The notes below the pieces were generated by a model that was not told the origin of the DNA, searched no databases, and saw only the letters and a list, made by a program, of their open reading frames with translations. DNA of 64,000 bases, from positions 1,094,214 through 1,158,213 of the forward strand of contig CBDCWV010000018.1 in assembly GCA_965223565.1 (NCBI GenBank), written 5' to 3'. This stretch comes from Myxococcota bacterium (GTDB lineage Bacteria; Myxococcota_A; UBA9160; UBA4427). A program made the position numbers and the translations under genes. This document shows, piece by piece, positions 1 to 8,246 of the stretch; position 1 is the first letter of the stretch, and every line of letters starts with the position of its first letter.

Positions 1-555
1 GGCCGACTCCAGTGTCGGGCCCGTGACGATCACGCCGTGATTGGCGAGCACGGAGACCGGATGGTGTCCGATCGCAGATGCCAGCGTCGCTCCGGTCGCA
101 GCGTCTTCGATCGATCCGTCGTACTCGTCGATGAAGATCATCTCTTCGTGATAGAGGCAGCCGGTCTGATGGAAGATCTCCGGTAGCTCGCCGATCGAAG
201 CCAGAACGGTCACCCAATACGGATGGTTGTGGACGACCACGCGCGCGTCGGGATTGGCTCGATGGATCTCCGTGTGGATGTGAATCGCCGGGGTGACGTC
301 CCAGCGTCCCTCGATCACGCTTCCATCCCCCGAAATGCGACAGATATCCGAGGCAGTGATCTCGTTCCACCAGAGCCCCCATGGATTGACCAACATCGAG
401 TCGTCTGCGCGATCGGCCCAGGTGATGTGGCCCGCGAGGTTCTCGCAGAAGCCGATGGCGTCGAGCACGCGGAAGCTGCATGCGAGCGCTTGCTCGTGGG
501 AAAGCGAGACGCCGATCGGTGGCACGATCGATGGTTCCCAGTCGAGCTTCGACAC
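1..555 (-). CDS. Class II aldolase/adducin-domain protein; the C-terminal part runs off the window edge
   Basis: Not in the ORF track because it is open at the edge. Minus-strand translation from GTG at 555, with GGAGG 7 nt upstream, gives VSKLDWEPSIVPP...NPWGLWWNEITASDICRISGDGSVIEG...AIHIHTEIHRANPDARVVVHNHPYW...ANHGVIVTG. The His-rich metal-site pattern is typical of this fold, and the frame is in phase with position 1. Confidence 0.8.
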   Translation of the reverse strand, partial: MSKLDWEPSIVPPIGVSLSHEQALACSFRVLDAIGFCENLAGHITWADRADDSMLVNPWGLWWNEITASDICRISGDGSVIEGRWDVTPAIHIHTEIHRANPDARVVVHNHPYWVTVLASIGELPEIFHQTGCLYHEEMIFIDEYDGSIEDAATGATLASAIGHHPVSVLANHGVIVTGPTLESA

Positions 556-639
556 GGGTTGACCTCCGTGACCAGACCAGCGCGCTCGCTCTCGGGTCGA
601 ACGGCGCGCGTGGCTGGAGGCGTTCGAGAGCCTATCTAT

Positions 640-659
640 CCTAACTTAGGTATGATGGA
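640..659 (+). promoter_or_regulatory. Copy A of the recurrent motif CCTAACTT-N3-TATGAT, upstream of the acyl-CoA synthetase gene
   Basis: cctaacttaggtatgatgga lies in an AT-rich patch of the 556..745 intergenic region. It matches copy B at 13418..13437 in 17 of 20 positions. TATGAT is -10-like. Confidence 0.35.
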
Positions 660-745
660 GCGACAAGAAATTCGATGGTGCTTCCATCCCGACGGTCGAG
701 GCGGGATGGGTTCGCCTCGGGGTTCTTCCGCGAGGGCAGAGCTGC

Positions 746-2326
746 ATGGTGGATGCGATCCAAGCGGATCGGGAGGCGTATCTGGCCGCTGGCTGGTGGG
801 GTCGCCGGAGTATCAGTGAGGTCGTGGCGGGATGGGCCGCGCGCACGCCGGATGAAATCGCCTTTCGTTGGGGCTCGGCCGAGATGTCGTGGCGGCAGTA
901 CGATGCGCTGGGCACGCGAATCGCTTCGCGTCTCGCGGGTCTCGGCGTCCGTCCCGGCGATTCGGTCCTGGTCTTCCTACCCGACGGCGGTGGCGTGCAT
1001 GCTGCCTTTCTCGGTACGGAGCGGGCCGGCGCCGTCGCGATCGGGGTCGGTTGGCGCGCGGGCCTTCGTGAGCTCACGAAGCTCACGAGACAGACGCGAC
1101 CCGTGGCCGCGATCTCGGCGAGCGAGACTCGGGTGGGCGACGCCGTGAATCTGTGTCGCGATCTGGGGATCGATCCCCTCGTCATCCTCGATGATCTCGA
1201 CGACAACCCGAGGATCGGGGACGGTCCGATGATGTGTCCCTGCGGTTCGCGTGGGCCCTCGGAGCTGTGGCTGATCAACTCGACCTCGGGGACGACGGGC
1301 TTGCCCAAGTGTGTCATGCAGAATCAGAATCGCTGGTTCTACTTCCATCGGTTGGCGATGGAGTACGGGAATCTCTCGGAGGGCGAGACCTGGATGAGCC
1401 TCGTCCCCGCGCCCTTCGGATTCGGTCTCTGGACGAGCCATGTCAGTCCGACGCTCTCGGGCTCGACGTGCGTCTTGCAGTCGCGTTTCGATGCACGGCA
1501 GGCCGCGGAGGAGATCGCGCGCCATCGCGTCACGGTCCTGTGTGCCGTGAGTTCGCAGTTCGTTATGCTCCTCGACGCCGCCGATGGCCTCGACCTGTCG
1601 AGTCTCGAGGTGATGTTCACGGGCGGAGAGCGTCTACCGCTCGAACGTTCTCGCGAGTTCGAGGAACGGACCGGTTGCGCCGTGCTCAACTTCTACGGCT
1701 CGAACGAGACGGGCGTCCTATCCGGGACACGCGTCAGTGACCCGCTCGAGCGCCGGATCTCCACGGGCGGCCGCTGCGTGGAGGAGATGCAGGTTCGTCT
1801 CTACGACGACGATCTCGCGCGATTACCCGGAGACGTTGGAATCGGTCGTCCGGCATGTCGGGGTCCGGCAACCAGCCCGGGCTACTTCGAGGATCCCGAG
1901 GCAAACGCGGAGCTCTTCACGCCGGATGGATGGATGCTGATGGGCGACTACGTCGAGATCGATGCCGACGGTTGGCTGACCGTGATCGGTCGCTCGGCCG
2001 ACTTCATCGTCCGCGGCGGCAAGAACATCAGCGCACCGGCCGTGGAAGAGGAGGTCTGCACCTGCCCCGGTGTGCTGCAGGCTGCGGCGATCGCGGTTCC
2101 GGACGAACGACTCGGGGAGATCGTCGGAATCTGCGTCGTGCCCCGGGCCGAAGCGAAGCTTCGTCTTGCCGACATCGCAGCGCATCTCGAGGCGCGCGGC
2201 GTCAGTCGCGAATGGTGGCCCGAGCGACTCGCGATCCTCGACGCGTTTCCGACCTCGTCGGGCGGAAAGATCGCGAAGGCCGCGCTCCGGGACCGCGTCG
2301 CCGAGCTCTTTCCAAGGGAAGCATGA
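746..2326 (+). CDS. AMP-dependent acyl-CoA synthetase/ligase
   Basis: 526-aa ORF with the AMP-binding signature NSTSGTTGLPKCV, YGSNETG, and a C-terminal GGKIAK lysine motif. Confidence 0.9.
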   Translation: MVDAIQADREAYLAAGWWGRRSISEVVAGWAARTPDEIAFRWGSAEMSWRQYDALGTRIASRLAGLGVRPGDSVLVFLPDGGGVHAAFLGTERAGAVAIGVGWRAGLRELTKLTRQTRPVAAISASETRVGDAVNLCRDLGIDPLVILDDLDDNPRIGDGPMMCPCGSRGPSELWLINSTSGTTGLPKCVMQNQNRWFYFHRLAMEYGNLSEGETWMSLVPAPFGFGLWTSHVSPTLSGSTCVLQSRFDARQAAEEIARHRVTVLCAVSSQFVMLLDAADGLDLSSLEVMFTGGERLPLERSREFEERTGCAVLNFYGSNETGVLSGTRVSDPLERRISTGGRCVEEMQVRLYDDDLARLPGDVGIGRPACRGPATSPGYFEDPEANAELFTPDGWMLMGDYVEIDADGWLTVIGRSADFIVRGGKNISAPAVEEEVCTCPGVLQAAAIAVPDERLGEIVGICVVPRAEAKLRLADIAAHLEARGVSREWWPERLAILDAFPTSSGGKIAKAALRDRVAELFPREA

Positions 2327-3096
2327 TGTCACGAACCCCGCGTCCGGCCCGCATGGCATCGCTCGTGGCGGACACGCTGCGTCGTCAGATCTTCGATCAT
2401 CAACACGACGACGGACTGCCCAAAGAAGAGGAGCTCCGGGAGCGTTTCGGTGTCGCGAAGAGCTCGATGCGGGAGGCTTTGCTCATCCTCGAGACCGAGG
2501 GATTGATCACCGTACGACGCGGCAATGTCGGTGGTGCCTCGGTCCATCTGCCGACGGCGGAGTCGGCCGGGTACTCACTCGCTCTGAGCATGACGGCTGC
2601 GGGAACGACGATTGGAGACGTCGCCGAGGCATTGCTCGTGCTGGAGCCGATGTGCGCGGTGGCTTGCGCGCAACGCGAGGACCGGGCCGAGCAGCTCGTC
2701 CCGAGGCTGGACGCGCTGAACAAGGAGTACGAGACGGCAATCGAAGACGGAATCGCCGCGATCGCACTCTCGAGGGATTTCCACGAGGCGATCGTCGACG
2801 GCTGCGGCAACCCCGCGATCTCCGTCGTGACCAGCGCACTCGCCCGGATCTGGTCGGCGCACGAGAAGGAATGGGCGACCGAAGCCTCGCTGAGCGGGAC
2901 GTTCCCCAGCATCGAAGACCGGCGAATCGCCCTCGCGTGGCATATTCGAGTAGCTGACCATGTTCGTAATGGAGACGTCGCCGTCGCCGATGTCGTCACG
3001 GCGCACCTGCGCGAGGCGCAATCTCATACCCTCGCGAACCGAGCCGATCACCCGGTCGATGTCGCTCAGCTGCGTCGCCGCGGGGAGAGCGTCTAG
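2323..3096 (+). CDS. GntR/FadR-family transcriptional regulator
   Basis: The ATG at 2323 overlaps the synthetase stop (ATGA). The N-terminal winged helix reads LPKEEELRERFGVAKSSMREALLILETEGLITVRRGNVGG, followed by an all-helical FCD-like C-terminal domain. The upstream part of the track ORF 1855..3096 is a frame shadow. Confidence 0.85.
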   Translation: MMSRTPRPARMASLVADTLRRQIFDHQHDDGLPKEEELRERFGVAKSSMREALLILETEGLITVRRGNVGGASVHLPTAESAGYSLALSMTAAGTTIGDVAEALLVLEPMCAVACAQREDRAEQLVPRLDALNKEYETAIEDGIAAIALSRDFHEAIVDGCGNPAISVVTSALARIWSAHEKEWATEASLSGTFPSIEDRRIALAWHIRVADHVRNGDVAVADVVTAHLREAQSHTLANRADHPVDVAQLRRRGESV

Positions 3097-4463
3097 GCGC
3101 TCTGTCGAGGTGCCGACACATCGCGCGCGGCCCGAACCGGCGTCCTGGGGAGCGAAATCGATACGACCAGGAAGTGGGCCGCGATCACGAAGACGATGAA
3201 CGTACCGAAGCCCAGGTCGTAGGCCCCCGTTCGATCGCGGACCTCACCGATGAACCGAATCGCGATCACCGAGATGGGCTGCATCACGACCGCCATGACG
3301 CCCATGATCGTTCCGTAGCTTCGCGCACCGAAGACTCTCGCCGTCAGGCTGAGCCAGACGGGATAGACGCCACCCACGGCGACACCGAGCGTCGACGCGA
3401 TCAAGAGCAGGATCCAGTAGCTCGGTCCGATGATCAGCGCGGACAAGAGCGTGACGTGACATGCGACGATCACGCCGAAGAGCAGTCGGATGTCGATTCG
3501 ATCCGACAGGAATCCGACGAGGAGCTTGCCCGCGATCGCGGAGAGCGTCAGGAGCGATACGAACGTGGCAGCCGCAGTGAGGCTCACACCCGCATCCTGA
3601 AGGTACGGTACCTGGGAAGCGAGAATCGCCTGGTCGCTCGCCAGCAGGAAACCGGCTCCGAGCGTCAAGTGCCAGAAATTCCGATCGACCGCGAGTGACT
3701 TGAAATTCCAATCGATGCCGTCCGCGACGGGGTCCGGCATTTCGCCCGACCCGTCTCGTGTGGCGGCGTCTCCGACTGTCGAAGGCTCGTCGTCGAACTC
3801 GTCGTAGGGGGCTACGTCCTCGGAGCGGGGTTCGTCACGAACGAGAAAGAGAGCAGCAGCAATGATCGTCGTGGCGACGCCCACGCCCGTCAGGGTGAGC
3901 GCGGATCGCCATCCGAACTCTTCGATCAAGTGTGCGACGAGTGGTGCCATCACGAAGCCGCCGGCGGATGTCGAAACCGCGAGCACGCCGATCGCCCGGC
4001 CTCTCCTTCGCCTGAACCATCGGGACGCGACGGTATTCGCGGCGATCGTTCCACCCGCAGTCACCCCCATCGACACGGGTCCGAGGATCGCGAGAGAAGT
4101 CAGCCAGAGCGACGACGTCGCAGATATCGCCCAGAAGCCGGCACCGTAGAGCAGGGCGCCGACCATCATCACCCTTCGCGCCGAGAGGCGGTCGATGAGC
4201 CGACCGATGAACGGAGCCCAGATCGCCGTGCCGACGAGCTTCAGGATCAGTCCATTGTTCACGTCCGCTCGAGAGAGGCCGTAGGCCTCCGAAACGGGTA
4301 GAACGAAGAGTCCGAAGATGTAGACGCTGCCGCCGACCGCGAGCGCCGCACAGATGAATCCGCCCGCGACCACGGTCCAACCCCGGTAGAACCATCTCGA
4401 TTCGACTGGAAGGGCGGCTGCGCTCGTCGTCGCTGGGGCTGTGCCGACCTCGGCTTCACGCAT
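3093..4463 (-). CDS. MFS transporter
   Basis: 456 aa with about 12 hydrophobic segments and a charged central loop. Its start overlaps the stop of the upstream TPR gene by 8 nt. Confidence 0.85.
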   Translation of the reverse strand: MREAEVGTAPATTSAAALPVESRWFYRGWTVVAGGFICAALAVGGSVYIFGLFVLPVSEAYGLSRADVNNGLILKLVGTAIWAPFIGRLIDRLSARRVMMVGALLYGAGFWAISATSSLWLTSLAILGPVSMGVTAGGTIAANTVASRWFRRRRGRAIGVLAVSTSAGGFVMAPLVAHLIEEFGWRSALTLTGVGVATTIIAAALFLVRDEPRSEDVAPYDEFDDEPSTVGDAATRDGSGEMPDPVADGIDWNFKSLAVDRNFWHLTLGAGFLLASDQAILASQVPYLQDAGVSLTAAATFVSLLTLSAIAGKLLVGFLSDRIDIRLLFGVIVACHVTLLSALIIGPSYWILLLIASTLGVAVGGVYPVWLSLTARVFGARSYGTIMGVMAVVMQPISVIAIRFIGEVRDRTGAYDLGFGTFIVFVIAAHFLVVSISLPRTPVRAARDVSAPRQSA

Positions 4464-6738
4464 GATGGAACCTATCCGATTTCAAGGAGTGGATTCGTGT
4501 CGCCGGGCGCCGAGCCGCAGCGCGCGTTCGGCTGCGCTCCGCAGCCCGGTCCTCGCCCACGCTGCCCTCCGTGCGCAGGCGAGACAATGCGTCGGCGGCG
4601 GCGGCATCGAATGGATGCTCGCGGAGCAGTGCCTCGAGGCGATGCTTCGCTTCGGTCGTCCTGCCGGCGTCGCGTAAGAGCAGAGCGGCTTCGCGTGCCG
4701 GGTCGGGGACGTTCGGCGCCAGCTGTGACGCGCGGTCGAAGTGGAGAATGGCGCGATCGATCTCGCCCTCGGACGCTTCGAGGCGAGCCAACCGATCGAG
4801 CGCGAATACGTAGTCGGGATCGGCTGCGAGTGCAGCCTGGTAGGCGGCGCGGGCCTCTCCTTCCGGGGATCCGCGAACCTCGAGCAGAAATCCACGTGTT
4901 GCGAGCACGGCTGCTGATTCCGCGTGATCAGAGCCGCCTCGATCGAGTATCGCCTCGGCCTCGGGCAATCGTCCGAGCTCGGCCATGACGGGAATCAATG
5001 CCTGGAGGAGCGGGGCGTTTCGAGGATGAGCGATGCTCGGGCCCACCTCGGCGAGCACCCGGTCCACGGCGTACTCGGGTCCTCGATCGCGTGCCAGCGA
5101 CTTCAGCCAGATGGCGAGTGCGCGAGGTCTCGCTTCCGGACTCGCCTTCGCGAGCTCGAGGAATCCCGCTGCCTGTTCGGGATCCCTCAGCTCGTCGGCC
5201 AGCTCGAGAGCGAAGAGGAGCGCATACGGGTCGTCGGGTCGATTTTTCAGCCGGTAGCCGATGGCCGTCACGGCGGCTCTCTTCTGGCCGGTTGCTGCGA
5301 GTAGTCTGGCGAGCCGCACCGGAGCATCCGTCTGATCCGCGCCGCTCCGGATCGACTGCCGGTACTCTTCCGCGGCGCGGTCGTAGCGACCGAGCTGCTC
5401 GGCCGCGCGCGCCGCGTAGTAGCGAGCGGCGGCGTTGTTCGGCCAGAGGCGGTTGGCGGCGTCCAGACGTTCGAGGGCCGATCGCGGCTGATCCCGCGCC
5501 AAGAGAACGCGCGCGTGAATTAGGTCGCGGTAGATCGACGATTCGAAGCCATCGGCTACCTCGAGCGCTTCTTCGTGGCGCCCGGCGAGCGCGAGCAGAT
5601 CCGCGTAGTCGAGTAGCCGCTGTTGGCTCGGCTCGGGATCGTTTTCGAGCGCCTTTTCGTAGGACCTGGCCGCCTCGGCGTATCGGGCCCGTTGAAGCTG
5701 GAACGTCGCCAGCGCGGCCCAGGCCTGGCTCGCTGCGGCCGGGTCCTCCAGAACGGTGCCTTGCCGCAGCAGCGATTCCGATCGCTCGAGCTCTCCTCGC
5801 AGACGCAAGCGGTCTGCGAGCATGCCTCTGACGGCAACCGAGCCGGGTCGTGCGCGCAAGGCCGTTCTCAGCAGATCCTCCACGCGCTCGGCATCTCCGC
5901 GTGCTTCGAAGAAGAGACTCGCTTCATGGACGACGGTCCAGTCCGACGGATGCTCTCGAAGGCAGGACTCGAAGAGCGCTCGCGCGTCCTCGAGCTCCCC
6001 ACGCTCCACGGCGAAGATCGCGCGCGCGGCGCAGAGCTGCGCAGACAGGTGATCGCCGATATTCGGGTCGCCTTCGATTCCAGCGAGGGACGACAATGCG
6101 TCTATCGCTCTTTCGGTCTCCTTCAGGAGTAGCAGCGCGGAGACCCGCTGAATCCTGGCCTCGCGGCTATCTGGGTCGAGCTCGAGCACGCGTTCGAAGT
6201 CGGCCAGCGCGAGCTCCGGGTGTGTTCGCTGGCCCAGGTGCGCGGCGCCACGCAGCAAGAGCGCCGTGACGTGATCGGGCTCGACCTCGAGAACCGACGA
6301 CGCGGCGCGGATCGCCAGGGGGAAGCTCTGGTTCCAGAGCGCCGCGCCCGCAAGCTCGATGCTGGCAGGCAGGTGCCAGTCGGCAGACTGGCTGGCGCGC
6401 TCGAGCGACCAGACGGCGATTCCGGGCTCGCCCGTACGTCGAAGGGCGATGCCGTAGAGATAGTGGAGCTCGGGATTCTCGGGCGTTTCGTCCATGAGCT
6501 TCCGGAGAGGCTCGAGAGAGGCCCGGAAGTCGCCTGCTTCGTGGAGCGAACGTACGCGCTCGATTGGATCGGCCGGCGAACACGCGATCGAAGCGAGAAG
6601 GATCGAGCCGACGCAGACGACTCGGGTGAGCAGAGAGATCGACACGGTGAACTGCGAGCGGAGTCGGCTCGACGCGTTCGCAGCACGCGCCACCCGCAGG
6701 CTCTTGCCGCGAGTACGACTGCTATGGTGGAACTTCAT
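4456..6738 (-). CDS. TPR-repeat lipoprotein
   Basis: 760-aa ORF. A lipoprotein-like signal (...VGSILLASIAC) is followed by many TPR-like helical pairs (AxxxYxxALxxxP patterns). GAGGAG lies 10 nt upstream of ATG 6738; an alternative GTG start is at 6645. Confidence 0.8.
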   Translation of the reverse strand: MKFHHSSRTRGKSLRVARAANASSRLRSQFTVSISLLTRVVCVGSILLASIACSPADPIERVRSLHEAGDFRASLEPLRKLMDETPENPELHYLYGIALRRTGEPGIAVWSLERASQSADWHLPASIELAGAALWNQSFPLAIRAASSVLEVEPDHVTALLLRGAAHLGQRTHPELALADFERVLELDPDSREARIQRVSALLLLKETERAIDALSSLAGIEGDPNIGDHLSAQLCAARAIFAVERGELEDARALFESCLREHPSDWTVVHEASLFFEARGDAERVEDLLRTALRARPGSVAVRGMLADRLRLRGELERSESLLRQGTVLEDPAAASQAWAALATFQLQRARYAEAARSYEKALENDPEPSQQRLLDYADLLALAGRHEEALEVADGFESSIYRDLIHARVLLARDQPRSALERLDAANRLWPNNAAARYYAARAAEQLGRYDRAAEEYRQSIRSGADQTDAPVRLARLLAATGQKRAAVTAIGYRLKNRPDDPYALLFALELADELRDPEQAAGFLELAKASPEARPRALAIWLKSLARDRGPEYAVDRVLAEVGPSIAHPRNAPLLQALIPVMAELGRLPEAEAILDRGGSDHAESAAVLATRGFLLEVRGSPEGEARAAYQAALAADPDYVFALDRLARLEASEGEIDRAILHFDRASQLAPNVPDPAREAALLLRDAGRTTEAKHRLEALLREHPFDAAAADALSRLRTEGSVGEDRAAERSRTRAAARRPATRIHSLKSDRFHHA

Positions 6739-8224
6739 GTGGAAGAGACTCCTCGCGTCGCGTTGGCCCTGGGCCGTAGCGGGTCTTCTGCTCCTGGCCG
6801 CCTATGCATCGACCTGGTTCGACGTTCGACGCGACCCGCGACCTCCGGGCTCGGCCGACGAGATCGCACGACTCTCAACGCGTTCGGATCTGAACGTCCT
6901 CTTTCTCCTGGTCGATACGCTGCGCGCTCATCATCTCGGCAGCTACGGCCATCCGCGGGAGACCAGTCCCACGATCGACTACCTGGCCTCGACCGGCGTT
7001 CGCTTTGCGACCCATCAGGCGCAATCGAGCTGGACCAAGTGCTCCATGGCCTCGCTCTGGACGGCTCGGAATCCGATGCGAACGGGCGTGTTGCGCTTCG
7101 ACGATGCGCTTCCGCCGGAAGCGACCCTGGTACCCGAGCGATTTCGGGAAGCGGGCTTCTTGACCGCGGGCATCTGGCGAAACGGTTGGGTCGCCCCCGT
7201 CTTCGGCTTCGATCAGGGCTTCGAGCTCTACGAGAGACCCCAGGCGAAGCTCCCTCCCGGTCCCGTACGCCGGGAGAATCCGAATATCGTGCTCGAGGGA
7301 ACGGACGCCGACGTGATCGACTCGGCGATCGAGTTCCTGCGCGTCCAAGGCGATCGGCGCTGGTTCCTGTATCTGCATCTGATGGACGTCCATCAGTACG
7401 TATACGACGAAGAGACCGCGCTCTTCGGAACGGCCTACGCGGATCTCTACGACAATTCCATTCGTCGGGAGGATCGGCTGCTCGGCAAGCTTCTCTGGTA
7501 CCTCGCGGACGAGGGGTTTCTCGAGAACACGCTGATCGTCCTCACTTCCGACCATGGCGAAGCGTTCCGCGACGAGCGGGGCTACGAGGGACACGCTCGC
7601 GAGGTCTATCGGGAGTCGACGGAGGTTCCCTTCGTCGTTGCGTTTCCGTTTCGACTCGAATCCGGTCTCGTGTTCGATTCGCCTACGCGAAACGTGGATG
7701 TCTGGCCGACCGTTCTGGATCTGCTGGGGATGGATGCGCTGGAAGACACGGACGGGCGTTCCCTCGTACCGGAGCTGATGAAGATCGCGCGGGGAAACGC
7801 GGATTCGGTCGCTACGGGGCCGGCCGGAGTCTCGCATCTGGATCGCACGTGGGGCCGGCCGGGCCATGCGCCGTCGCCCGTAGTTGCGATCGCCGAGGGC
7901 TCGTACCGGTATGTCTACGTGCCCGGCAGGCCCGTCGCGGAGCCTTCCGAGGGCGGGTCGGGCGAGAGCGATCGAGACGCCGACGGTGTCGCCTTCGGCG
8001 ACCAGGAAGCGGACGCGCAGGAAGAGCTCTTCGATCGCGCTCTGGACGCGTTCGAGATGCGGGACGTCAGCAAGGAGCAGGCTGTCGTAGCGAGTCGATT
8101 GCGAGCGGTGGCAGAAGCCTATCTCGCGCTGCCGGCGGATCCTTGGGGAGTGGGTACGCCCCAGATCGAGCTGGAAGAGATGCAGCTCAACCAACTCCGC
8201 GCGCTCGGGTACGAGATTCGTTGA
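6737..8224 (+). CDS. Sulfatase-like (alkaline-phosphatase superfamily) membrane-anchored hydrolase
   Basis: The internal ATG at 6737 gives MWKRLLASRWPWAVAGLLLLAAY (a TM anchor), then NVLFLLVDTLRAHHLGSYGH...SSWTKCSMASLWT...LHLMDVH...LTSDHGE. The first 81 codons of the track ORF are antisense shadow of the TPR gene. Confidence 0.8.
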   Translation: MWKRLLASRWPWAVAGLLLLAAYASTWFDVRRDPRPPGSADEIARLSTRSDLNVLFLLVDTLRAHHLGSYGHPRETSPTIDYLASTGVRFATHQAQSSWTKCSMASLWTARNPMRTGVLRFDDALPPEATLVPERFREAGFLTAGIWRNGWVAPVFGFDQGFELYERPQAKLPPGPVRRENPNIVLEGTDADVIDSAIEFLRVQGDRRWFLYLHLMDVHQYVYDEETALFGTAYADLYDNSIRREDRLLGKLLWYLADEGFLENTLIVLTSDHGEAFRDERGYEGHAREVYRESTEVPFVVAFPFRLESGLVFDSPTRNVDVWPTVLDLLGMDALEDTDGRSLVPELMKIARGNADSVATGPAGVSHLDRTWGRPGHAPSPVVAIAEGSYRYVYVPGRPVAEPSEGGSGESDRDADGVAFGDQEADAQEELFDRALDAFEMRDVSKEQAVVASRLRAVAEAYLALPADPWGVGTPQIELEEMQLNQLRALGYEIR

Positions 8225-8246
8225 CGAAGGGCCGGCGCGCACAGCC

